Assembly (NCBI RefSeq): GCF_009914755.1
Contig: NC_060933.1
DNA length: 64,000 nt
Strand: one strand, 5' to 3'
Source: the human T2T-CHM13v2.0 reference genome, Homo sapiens
Shown: in pieces, positions 51,822 through 64,000 of the stretch
How positions within the stretch are numbered: position 1 is the first letter of the stretch
Layout of the letters: each line of letters begins with the position of its first letter
Notes under the pieces: generated by a model
What the model saw: the letters and a program-made list of their open reading frames with translations, nothing else
Databases searched by the model: none
Told to the model about the DNA's origin: nothing
Translations under genes and position numbers: made by a program

Positions 51822-53769
51822 ATCGTTGTTACTAAAGCCTGTGTCCCAGCTCTTTGCATCTGCTCTCTCCTAAAACAGCAACAGGTAAGCCAGAAAAGTA
51901 AAAGAAGAGTGTAATCTGGTGTAGGCAATGAAAATGACAAAAACCACTTTTTGTTTATGTGGCCTTTTAAAAAAATCATTTCCTATATTTTATACCAATG
52001 TAAAGATTTTTAACCAGTAAAAAATATTATTAGGTAGAATTTTTTAATTTGCTATAGTTGAATGCATGTAATTACTTCTGAAAGAGTTAACTCTTATTTT
52101 CTGTCTTGTGTGCTTGTGTCTGGTTGCATTATGAGATTCATAGGTTTTCTTAAAGTCTGCTTTGTTAGATACAATATGATGAATGCAGAAATGCAATAGG
52201 GTGGTATTAAAATCAAATAACGAGATCAAGAGACACAGAAGCAATATCAGTTTCTTATGTAGTACGAAATGACGATTGCCTTAGTATATAGGCCTGCTCT
52301 AAGATGCATTGAAGGGTAACATTCTCTTTTGATTCTAGAAGTGGGTAATGTATCGGCCTTTTCATTTTTTAAATGTAGAAATCTAGTAACTAGATTTTTT
52401 AAATTAAAATTATGTGTTCCTGTCACAGATTGTCTTCTTTGTACATGAATTGGATCTCAATATTATGAATAAGCATATCATACAAACAAGGCTATCTTAA
52501 TAGGAACAGCAATCCTAGAATACAAGAGTAAGAAATGCTTACACTTGAGGGAGGGGTAGGCGAAGGCAAAACAAGAGATCCTGGGATTAATGTTCTCAGA
52601 AATAAGTCTCTAGCCTACAAAGGTGGCACATATTGGTAACCAGAATTATAAGATTGATTGATGTGCCTGAGAAATCAACCTGGAGTCATAATCAACATTG
52701 CTTATTAGTGCAAGACCTCTCAGTATGATGGTAAATTTCTAGCCCAGATGCTCTAAGTGAAGACATTACTCATTGGGCTACATTCATCCTTGGAAGAAAT
52801 CTTTTTTTGTTTGCTTGTTTCACATAAAGGTGCTGCCTGGGCCAATGTTTGCTTGGATTCATGGATAATCATCGACCTACATCAAATGCCTGATGTGAGG
52901 GTAAGAGGTAACACTGCAGTCCTGGTGATATCACTTGGACATAGTTTGAAAACCACTAATTTATCTTAGTAATTATAATTTGAACTGATGGGTTCAGAAC
53001 ACTCTAAAATTTGAACATTTGCTTTAAGTACAATAATGCAGGCACTCATTTCCCTGGAGCCTGCTTTATTTCTTTCCTGCTTTAGCTTCCTTGAACAGAG
53101 ACTTCAGAATTACTACTCCCTTAGACCTTGTAACTTGGTCATTCTTACTAATAGGCTATAACAGCTCCCCTACAAATCAATGAGGGTTATGCTTTCAGCC
53201 TTAGACCTCTGTTTCAGAGCAGGGCAATATTTATTCACAGTTCTTGTTTATTTAGGTGTAAAACAGATATACAGGCACTATGAGAATCAAATATTTTGTT
53301 TTAAAAGGGTTCTGAGAAAAGCAATCTTTGTGCCAGATATGTACATATCTTGACATACTTTTTGTAAACTACCATGAATATATTTTCAAGCTTTAAAACT
53401 TATTTCCTAATAAAATACCTTTAGTCAATGTTATAATACATAATAGCTGACTTCCTAATTTTTCATGTAAAATTCCCATTTTCTACCTTCCAAGATATTT
53501 ATATGTATGTTAATGTTTTTATGGTACATTATCCCCAAAATTTAAAAAGTAAGCAGATTCATACTTGCTCACCTTTTTATAAATATATAAAAAGTATTTA
53601 TAAAAATACTTTTATATAAGTATATATTAATTAAAAAGCACCTCAAACTTAAAAATAAATTTATTTTTGAAAACTATTAACAGCCAACACATAATTGATT
53701 AGACCAAGTTGTCTATAGGAATACCAAGAGATTATGTATAAATATATGGCTGAGGAGATTTGGGGACAT

Positions 53770-54115
53770 CCATTTCAATGATTCACAGCGGCGTCATGTA
53801 TTTTTGCTCACATCAAAATCAAAATCAGGTATTCCAGATTAGATCATCCTCTATGTGGACCCAGACTCTTTCCATCTTAGGGTTCTACCTTGTCAAAAAT
53901 CTTAGAGTCTTCTCCATTTAGCTGATGGATCAGGGAAGAAACCACAGGAAAACAACACCTGATTTTTGATCAATTTGGCTGGTAAGTGTTACTCATCGTT
54001 TCTATTCCTATTCCACTGGTGTAAATAAGTAATGAGGCCTCTCTAGATTCAAAGGAGATAAGAAATATGTAATTCCTGCCTAGGCAGTTGCTTCTTAGGA
54101 ACAATTCCACACTCT
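53770..54115 (-). mobile_element. Old MaLR LTR fragment (MLT1K/L/N-like)
   Basis: ggacccagactctttccatctt and ctattccactgg...ctagattcaaaggaga.aagaaatatg motifs; degenerate. Confidence 0.45.
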
Positions 54116-54841
54116 CATTCTCTGCTACCAAGTGGTTATCCAAAGCCTCTCCACATATTTTCAGTTTTTTGGACAAGAATAAATAGCAATGATATTTATC
54201 TATTAATCTCCACTCTGTGACAGCATAAAGAATTAGTGGCCGGAAACACAACATATGAAAACTTAAGGAATGTAGCAAAAGTAGCCCAAAGACAGAAATT
54301 TATAGCAATAAATGCCTATGTCAGAAAAGACGAAATATCTCAAATAAACAATATAATGTTACACCTTAAATAACTAGAAAAAGAAGAACAAACCAAACCA
54401 AAGTTAGCAGAAGAAAGGAAATAACAAAGTTCAGAGCAGAGATAAATGAAACAGAGACCAGAAAAAAATTACAAAAAATTAACAAAACTAAGAGATAGCT
54501 TTTTGAAAAGACAAACAAAATCAATAAACTCTTAGATTAATGAGGAAAAAAGAATACTCAAATAAATAAAATAAAAAATAAATGTCATTACAACTGATAA
54601 GACAGAAATTCAAAGGATCATAAGAAACTACTATGAACAACTGTATGTCAAAAAATTGGACAGTCTAGAAGAAATGGATAAATTCCTAGACACATATAAC
54701 CTACCAAGATTGAATTATGAATCAACAGAAATTCTAAAGAGACCAAAAATGAGGAAGGAGATTGAATCAATATTCAAACTTCTCCCATCAAAGAGAAGCC
54801 CAGGACCAGATGGCTTCACCACTGAATTATAACCAACATTT

Positions 54842-55459
54842 ATTTTCTTCCCTTTTCTTTTTTTTTCTTTCAACTTTTATTTAAAGTTCTGGTGTACACG
54901 TCCAGGATGTGCAGGTTTGTTACGTAGGTAAACGTGTGCCACGGTGGTTTACTACACAGATCATCCCATTACCCAGGTATTAAGCCCAATATCCACTAGC
55001 TATTCTTCCTGATGCTCTCCCTTGCCTGACCCCCCAACAGTTGCCCACAGTGTGTTATTTCCCACTGTGTGTTCATGTGTTCTCATCAGTCAGCTCCTAC
55101 TTATAAGTAAGAACATGTAGTGTTCGGTTTTCTGTTCCTGCGTGTTTGCTAAGAATAATGGCTTCCAAGTCCATCCATGTCCCTGCAAAGGACGTGATCT
55201 CGTTCCTTTTCATGGCTGCATAGTATTCCATGGTATATATGTACCATATTTTCTTTATCCAGTCTATCATTGATGGGCATATAGGTTGATTCCACGACTT
55301 TGCTGTTGTAAATAGTGCTGCAGTGAACATACATGTATCTTTATAACAGAATTATTTATATTCCTGGCTATGTGGCTATATACCTGTAGTGGGATTGCTG
55401 GGTCAACTGGTATTTCTGCTTCTAAGTCTTTGAGGAATTGCCACACTGTCGTCAACAAT
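54842..55459 (-). mobile_element. L1PA8/10-like 3' fragment nested in L1MA
   Basis: T-rich tail then caggatgtgcaggtttgttacgtaggtaaacgtgtgcc...cagatcatcccattacccaggtattaagccc; degenerate TSD ending aacattt (54841 / 55472). Confidence 0.92.
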
Positions 55460-55484
55460 CTACTAAACATTTAAAGAAGAACTA

Positions 55485-55817
<333 letters not shown>

Positions 55818-58800
55818 TCAGAAAAATTGAAGTGGAGGGAATACTTGTAATTTCATTTTATAAGGCCAGCATTACCACAGTATCAAAGTCAGAAAAAGAT
55901 ACTACAAAAGAAAAAATTACAGGCTAATATTGCAGATGAATATACATGCAAAAATACTCAGTAAAATATTAGCAAACTGAATTCAACAACACATTAAAAT
56001 AATCATTCACCATGATCAAGTGGGATTTATCCTTGGGACGCAAGTATGGTTCAACATAATGCAAATCAATAAATCTGATACACCACAGTAACAAAACAAA
56101 GAACAAAAACCAAATTATCGTCCCAAAACATGTGGAAAAAGCATTTGACAAAATTCAACACTCTTTCATAATAAAATCTAATAGACAAAGTATAGAAGGA
56201 ATGTATCTCAACACAATAAAGGCTATGCATGATAAATCTATATCTAACTTCACACTCAATAGTGAAAACTTGAAAGCTTTTCCTTTAAGGTCAGGGACAA
56301 GACAAGAATGCCAAATTTGACAACTTCCTTTCAACACAGTACAAATTCCTAGCCATAGTAATTAGGTAAGGGAAAGAAACAAAAGAACTACCTAATAGAA
56401 AATGAAGAAGTGAAATAGGAAATGAAGAATAGAAAAAATAGAGAAATAGCAAATAGAGACTATCTGCTGAAGACTCCACCATAAAGCTGTTAGAACTCAA
56501 ACAAACTTATCATTGTTGCAGGATATAAAATCAATATCCACAAATTAGTAGTGTTTCTATATATGTATAATGAACTATCCAAAAAAATTATAGAAAACAA
56601 TCTCATTTATAATAGCAACAACAACAAAATATGTAGGTGTAAATTTAATCATGGAGGTGAAAGATCTGTATACTGAAAACTAGAAAACACTGAAGAAAGA
56701 AAGAAAAGAAAATACAAATCAGTAGAATAATATCCTGTGTTCATGGATTGGAAGAACTAATATTGTTAAAATGCCATTACTACTTCAAGTGATCGACAGG
56801 TTGAATACAATCCCTAACCAAAATTCAATGTCATTTTTCACAGAGATAAAAAACCTCCGAAATCCTTAAATTCGTATGGAACTACAAAAGGCCCTAACAG
56901 TGAAAACTATTTGAGCAAAAAGAATAAAATAGGAGGCTCACGCTTCATGATTTCAAAATACAAAGTGATTGTAATAAAAATCTCATGGCACTGGCATAGA
57001 AACAGACACATCGACCAACAAAACCAGAGAGAAAGCCCAGAAATAAATCTAGTCATTTGTGGGCAATTGATTTTTGACAAAGGTGCCAAGAACACACAAT
57101 AGAGAAGGGATAGCCTTTTCCATCAGTGGTGTTGGAAAACTGGTTATCCACATGCAGAAGAATGACACTGTATCTTTATCTCACATCATTATAAAAATTA
57201 ACTCAAAATGGATTAAAGATTTAAATGGAAGATCTACAACTATAAATCTTAGAGAGGAAAAGCTCTGCAACATTGTTCTGGGCAATTATTTTGTGGATAT
57301 TATTCCTAAAGCACAAGATAAAAAAGCAAAACATAGACAAATGGGATTGTATCAAACTAAAATGCTTCTGCATAGCAAAGGAAATTATTAACAAAGTGAA
57401 GAGACAGCTCACAGAACAGGAGAAAATATTTGCAAACCATTAATGTGATAAGCCAAAAATATATAAGGAACTCAAACAACTCAATAGCAAGAAAACAAAT
57501 AACCTGATTAAAAATGGGCAAAGGATTTGAAAACACATTTTTCAGAAGAAGACAAACAAATAGCCAACAGGTACATTTAAAAAATGCTCAGTATCACTAA
57601 TCATTAGGGTAATGAAAATTAAAACCAAATGAGATACCACCTCACACCTGTTAGAATGGCTTCTATGAAAAAGATGAAAGATAAGTGTTGGTGAGGATGT
57701 GGTGAAAAGTGAACACTTGTCTTTTGCTGGTGGAAATATAAATTAGTACTGCCATTATAGAAAATGGCATGGAGATTCCTCAAAAAAACTAAAAATAGAA
57801 CTACCATATGATTCAGCAAACCCACTTCTGGATATACATTCAAAGGAATTAAAACAATATGTTAAAGGGATATCTGCATGCTCATGTGCATTGCAGCATT
57901 ATTCACAATAGCCAAGATATGGAATCAATCTGTGTCCATCAACAGATAATAGATTAAACCAATGTTGTATACACACACAATGAAATACTATTTGGCTCGA
58001 AAAGAAGGAAATTCTGTCATTTTCAACAACATGAATGAACCTGGAGGATATTATGCTAAGTGAAATAAACCAGGCACAGAAAGACAAATACCACATGATC
58101 TCACTTACGTTACTTATATGCAGAATCTAACAAATTTGATCTCATAGAAGTAGAGAGTAAAACAATGATTACCAGAGCCTGGGATATGGGGCAGGGGGTG
58201 GCAGGTGGGATGGAATGAAGTGCTGTTGGTCAAGGGATACAAAGTTTTGGTTAGACAGGAGGAATATATTAAGCTCTATTGCACGGCAGGGTGACTATAG
58301 TCAATCATGATGTATTGTATATTTCAGAATAAGTAAATTTCAAATGTCTCACCACAAAGAATGATAAGTGGAGGTGATAGGTATGTTAATTAGCTTGATT
58401 TGATTATCTCACATTGTATATGTATATCAAAACATCATATAGTGACCTGTAGTGTAGACAATTATGATTTGTCAATTGAAAGTAATATTAATAAGAAAAG
58501 AATTAGTGGTCAGGAGATAAAATTGGAGATCTAACTCTTCTTTTTCATATATGGGGCACTTTTTCTTTTACTCATATTTTATTTGCTAAAGTGATCACAA
58601 GATGCTGAGAAGAGAAAGTGTGGTCTCATTTGGGCTCCAAGCCAGGCAGTTTAGCAATAGAGATTTAATTTTTAAATTTAATTCTAATTAAAATGAGAAG
58701 CTAGAGATGTAACAAAATTCAAGAAGTGAAAACTACAAAATAAAATACAATCCTGGGGGAGCAAATATTTAAAGATTCATGGAGCCTCCTGAATGAGAAT

Positions 58801-59449
58801 ACTGGTATTCCTTGTTTCTCCTTATGTCTCCTAGTGATAAAGATACAGCTGTACATTGACATCTGTGGCAAAATTATAGATACATTTAAAATATGTTTTA
58901 GATAAATACATACATACTTGTGTATCATACTATATTTTTATCTCTAAATGGTAAACTATGTAACACATCATATAACAGTAATGGTAACATTACTGCATAA
59001 GCTACACATATATATATATATTTAAATTGACTAAATGTTTAAATTTTCCTGTACCTTTATGAAATGGGACTCAGCACATTAATATATAGTACAGCCTTCA
59101 AATGCATTTCATTTTAAGATTTTTTTTTGTCTTGAATCCTAAAAGAGTAGCAGGATAACATGATAAGGGATTCAGCATTTTCAAAGAAGAAAACAACAAG
59201 GCCCAGCATTTAGAAGATCTTCAACTATTTTCTTGCCAATATCTGACTATTCTATGCCATATTGGCCTTTGTCCATTTGTGCCTAGAAAATTCCTCACAG
59301 TGAGATTTTTTCTTATGCATGCACCACGGTTGCTAAACTTTGCTAAACACTGCTACAAAATGTCGCAAAAAGTGGCAGATTGGTGCCAATATACATTCAT
59401 GATTGCTAATCTTACCCAGGCTCTCAACAGTGCCTGAGAATCCTATTAG

Positions 59450-61840
59450 CTTTCCATTACCCAACTTAATTCCCATTCCTGACAGATACTATTTCACATC
59501 TTCCTAACTCTTCTCAAATCTTCAGTTCATCCATCTTCCCCCTCAGATCCAGAAGATTACTTAAAACCACTGGGGGAAAACTTTTGGACTTCTCACTGCC
59601 CAAGTAACAACCAGCATACACCTTTTCCTTTGTCCTTTTGGGACAAGGAAGAGTTGACTTTCCATCTACATAATTGATCTACCATGTATCTGCAGTCTGA
59701 AATCCTTCCCCGCTGGATTCCTTAGAAATACTGTAAATTCTCCACCCTCCACCTGCTTGCATCTCCATTTTCTCCACTTCTGGAGGAATCTCATTAGAAT
59801 TTCATCATGCATGGTTTTTCAGCATTAAAAAATAGAAAATAAAAAGTAAACAACCTTCAACACAAACTACCTCTGCAAGTACTATTTTTTTTCTCTCCTT
59901 ACCCCTTTACGGTCAAAATTCTTGAAGGCATTATCTATATTTTCTGTCCCAGTTCTTCAACTCATTCAACATTATTATTTTTCCTGCAATATGCCAACAA
60001 CCCTGCTTTCACACAGGTTATCCAAGCTTACATGTTGCGAAATGTAGACACTCTTTAGCTAGCTTGCTTAACTTCTTGGGAACATTTGATACTGTTGGCA
60101 ACTTTTCTTTAGGACTCTCTATTTTCTTACCTCCTGGGGTACAACTCTCTTCTGGTGTGCCTCCTTCCGCACCAGCTTCTCTTTTTTTCCTCTGAACACT
60201 CCTTTTATCTACTCTCACTTAAAATATTGATGACCTTCAAGGCTCAGTTCTAGTCTTTTTCTCCACCTCACTCTAGGACTTATTAAATGAATCCAAGAAA
60301 CCTTTGGTAAGTTTGTCCACTCCCAAAGCTTCAAAATCTGTAAACTGATGACTCCCAAATCTCTTCCTTCAGTACAGACATCTTTCCTGGGATACTTGCC
60401 TAGATATTTAGCTGGTTACTAAAACTGCACATGGATGTTTCATAGGCCCCTGAAGTCTAACCCACTCAAAGATGCACTCATGATCTCCTTATCTTTCTTC
60501 CACACTTCCACACTTAATTGTCCTCTTGTGTTCTCTATCTCAGAAATTCCACTACCATCTACCCAGGACACCTCTCACATCTAGTAAATCATCAAGTAAT
60601 TTAGTTTCTATTGTCAAATTGCTTTCTGGATATTTCTCTTTATTGCTACAGCCACCACCGAGATCCAAGCCAATACTATGTATTTTTTCTCCTCATTGGT
60701 TGCCATCTCTTCCTAATTGGCCTTTTTTCCCGTCAAAATCTCTCTCCTGTAATCTATTGTCTACAGTGCACCTATGAGAATACAGTTATGATATTCTCCC
60801 ACTTAAAATCTTTTAAAGCTGTCCTACTGCCCTTATGATCAAGATCAAACCTCTAACCATTTAATAACTGACTCGACCATTCATGATCTGACCTCAGTAC
60901 GTTAAGCAGCCTCATAACTTGACAGCATCCTCAAATTCTGTTGTCCAGATATACTGAACTCCCACCAGTTCTTCAAAGCAGAACTTGCTCTTGTCCACAT
61001 CTAAGGCTTCACATATTTTTGTTTTCTCTCAGATTCACTTTAGCACCCCTCTTTTCTATTTGATCCTACCCATCCTTCAAGTCTTATGTTACATATCACT
61101 TCCTCAGAAAGCCCTCCTGAAATTTTTGGATTAGTTTCAGTAAATCCTACTGAAATATGACTTCAACATTTATGTACTTCCCTTATCATAACACCTATCA
61201 TGCTTTATTATTATGCCTATTATATTAGTTTCCTATTTCTTCTGTAACAAATTACACCAATTTTTTTTTGCTTAAAACAGCACAAATTTATTATACTTCT
61301 GGAGCTCAAAAGTCTAAAATAGGCTAGCAGTGCCATTTTCCTTCTGGAGGATATACAAGATAATCAATTTCTTTATCTTTTACAGCTTTTAGAGGCTACC
61401 TGTATTCTTTGGCTTGTGGTCCCTTCCTCTATCTTCAAAGTCAGCAGGCCATCTTTAACTTTCTGTCTTCTGACCTCTGCTTCTATTTTCACATTGCCTT
61501 CCCACATTGATTTTCTGCCTCTCTCGTTCTCTTATAAGGATCTTGGTGATTACATTGGGCCCACCTAGGTAATCCAAGGTACTCTTCTGATCACGATATC
61601 TTTAACTTAATCACGTCTGCAAAAAACTTTTTGACACAGAAGCTAACATATTGACAGGTTTCAGTAATTAGGATGTAGATATCTTGTAGGAGGGTATTAT
61701 ACTGCCTTTCATACTTGTTTAAATGTTTGTTTTTCCTATTACAGAGCATAAAATCTTTTCTCTTCCCTTCTTTATTCTTAGTGCCTAGCACAGTGCCTTA
61801 CCTCTGAGAGGTGTTCAATACATATTTATTATGAAGAAAT
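59450..61840 (+). mobile_element. Long L2 remnant interrupted by MLT1D
   Basis: RT-region motif catttgatactgttggc; tgatgactcccaaatctc; tcacttcctcagaaagcc; terminus gtgcctagcacagtgcct...gtgttcaatacatatttatt. The 5' boundary is uncertain. Confidence 0.75.
61221..61713 (-). mobile_element. MLT1D-like MaLR solo LTR
   Basis: tattagtttcctatt..tgtaacaaattac...cttaaaacagcacaaatttatt...gtgattacattgggcccacc...ttaacttaatcacgtctgcaaa. Confidence 0.88.
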
Positions 61841-61882
61841 ACAAAGTCCTAGACTGATTTCTTTTTTAAAAAATTTCTCCAA

Positions 61883-62222
61883 GGCTAGACACGGTACCTC
61901 ATGCCAGTAATCCCAGCACTTTGGGAGGCTGAGGCGGGTGGATCTCCTGAGGTCAGGAGTTCGTGACCAGCCTGGCCAACATGATGAAATCCTGTCTCTA
62001 CTAAAACAAAACAAAACAAAACAAAACAAAACAAAACAAACAAACCAACCAGAAATTAGCCGGGTGTGGTGGTGCACACCTGTAATCCCAGCTACTTGGG
62101 AGGCTGACGTAGGAGAATCGCTTAACCCAAGAGGCAGAGGTTGCAGTGAGCTGAGATCATGCCACTGCACTCCAGCCTGGGTGACAGAGCAAGACTCCAT
62201 CTCAAAAAAAAAAAAAAAAAAA
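61883..62222 (+). mobile_element. Alu SINE, AluSx-like, with (AAAAC)n expansion in the middle linker
   Basis: Alu dimer; linker 62003-62050 expanded; ~19-nt A tail. Confidence 0.96.
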
Positions 62223-62258
62223 TTCCAATAAACATTTACTGGTTTCTTTTTAAAAAAA

Positions 62259-62860
62259 TTCATTCAATAAACATTTATTGAACTTCATCTACCTGAAAGA
62301 CATATTTTTGATGCTTAGATTATAGATGTGAATAAGAATTGTTCTTTGAATCCATAGTCTAATAATGAAGACACATATATAGAAAGATAAATACATTAAG
62401 GTCTTTTTGTTGTTTGAAATAAGTATGCACATTGAGAGTGAGGAACCAAAAGATGAATGTCAGGACTTCTTAATTTTGAGGAGAGAAGGAAGAGTTTTTA
62501 TGTAAGGCATTGCCTTCAAAGAGAATTAGGTCTTCTCCGGAGAAACAAAGTCAGATGAGAAATAGCATTCTATGCAGATGAAGGTAGGTGAAGACATAAT
62601 TAGAGCGGCAAAGCCATTTGGTTGATTTACAGAACTGCAAGAAGTCAGAAATGGCTGCTGTTTGGGATAGATAGAAACTATATTATAGTAAGATTGGAAA
62701 GATAAAAAAGAGCCAGCTCTAAAGGGTCTGTACATCATACTATTAAGGTTTGAATTTAGTTCATAAATAATGTGAGACCACTAATAATTTCAAGGATGTC
62801 AACTATGACTCTGTACATATTAAAATAACTTACTGAGATAGCAATGTGTACATTTCACGG
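62259..62860 (-). mobile_element. L2 3' portion
   Basis: ttcattcaataaacatttattga terminus; purine-rich L2 body; ggtttgaattt...aatgtgagaccact. Confidence 0.65.
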
Positions 62861-64000
62861 GGGGCCACATATTAACAAGGAGATAAGTTAGAAGTCAATA
62901 ACCAATAGTCAATGTGTGATATTAAAGGATGTCTTCTTGATCTTTGAAGGCTAAACTTGATTTCAATGTATATCAAAAGATACTGATGTAGATATAAAGA
63001 CATAGATATAGCAACATATGTAATACTGAATGAGTACAAATTATAAAATGTAATAATAAAACAACCAACTATAATCACAAACCAGCCTTTTCCCCTTAAG
63101 TGTATCACCCTTTTAATTTTTTTCTCAGTGACTAGCTCTTATCCTGTCCCAAATATAAATTTAGTCAGGTACAATTGTCTGTCCCTATGTAGGTATTAAA
63201 AAAACCTGTGGTGACTTTAACTCACAAAACATAGTTTCAATCCACTAATTAAAATGTCTCAGCTCATGAATATATCAAGACTCTGGGTTTGATTTTTTTT
63301 TTTTTTTTTAAGTTGAATCACTTCTCCATCTACCTTACTGTGGTTTCTGATCCTTTCAATGTTGTAATAGTAGGAATAGAGGAGAGTTGAGAGAAACAAA
63401 AATATATTGCTTAGCTGAATCTGTGGAGATGACATATTCCTATACTCTCTGGACTTGGTGGATGTCCAAAACTGACTCTCTTGTGTTTATTCCTGGAATT
63501 TTGGGAGAAACTCCTTCCACTCCATCCACAGAGAGCTCTCTTCTGCAGCCTCTAGGCTCCTAGCATTTGGCCTCTACTTTCTGTTAAGGTCATCTCATTC
63601 CCCCAGCTGACCTGTGTGCAAAGTTTAAGACCACCTAATTGCATATTCCTCTCCTGTGTGGCTCAAAAGTGGTCCCAAGGAAATGCTTATGAATCCATCA
63701 TCCCTACAAAACCTAGAGATGCCATTAACATTCTCTAATCAGCCCTCTCCTCTGCTGCAACAGACCATGTTAGCCAGTTTCTTGCTTGTAGACTACTTAG
63801 GCTTAGCTCAGATATTAGTTCACTACAACCTGTAATTTGAAAGGACACAGATTATGATCCCTCACTGGTCTTCTTAAAAACACCTTGGAGTTTGTGTGTA
63901 AGTTTGGAGAAGGAGGGCATTCACAAAATACCTCTCCCCAAAAGAAATCTTCAAAACCCCTCCTTCCAAAAAACTCCAAAAAAAGACAACCTACCTATAG

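Noticed and set aside
53584-53618. Near-perfect AT-rich inverted repeat
   Set aside because: Low complexity; expected by chance in TA-rich DNA.
55969-58096. RT-like peptide fragments suggesting a functional retroelement or domesticated gene
   Set aside because: Decayed L1MA ORF2 with many stops and frameshifts; the catalytic FADD motif is missing.
61829-62263. Longest ORF in the track (144 aa)
   Set aside because: Antisense Alu translation. The same applies to the ORFs at 1135-1486, 10424, 17023, 26522, 37910, 47553, 55554 and 61938.

Overview
AT-rich, CpG-depleted primate genomic DNA, most likely human or great ape (AluY and AluS are present). It reads as intergenic or intronic sequence. 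About a third is recognisable interspersed repeat: 9 Alus, several L1 fragments (including a ~4.3 kb L1MA with two nested insertions), L2, MIR, MaLR/ERVL LTRs, and hAT and Tigger DNA-transposon fossils. I cannot support any intact protein-coding gene, RNA gene or CRISPR-like array. The ORFs in the track are short chance ORFs or derive from Alu, L1, MER6 or low-complexity sequence. The first ~1 kb could be the last codons and 3' UTR of a + strand gene, but I cannot identify it. I do not see a previously undescribed biological system. The best leads are: (i) a cluster of paired palindromic SOX sites at 48.9-49.1 kb; (ii) a GATA/ETS/FOX motif cluster with retained CpGs at 2.2-2.5 kb; (iii) candidate non-coding exons with strong splice sites; (iv) unusual retrotransposition or repair junctions (two insertions at one TTT^AAA palindrome on opposite strands, an L1 inserted almost at its own homologous position, and a templated filler replacing the L1 RT catalytic motif). 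Repeat subfamily names come from recalled consensus sequences and need RepeatMasker/Dfam confirmation; boundaries of the old repeats are approximate.
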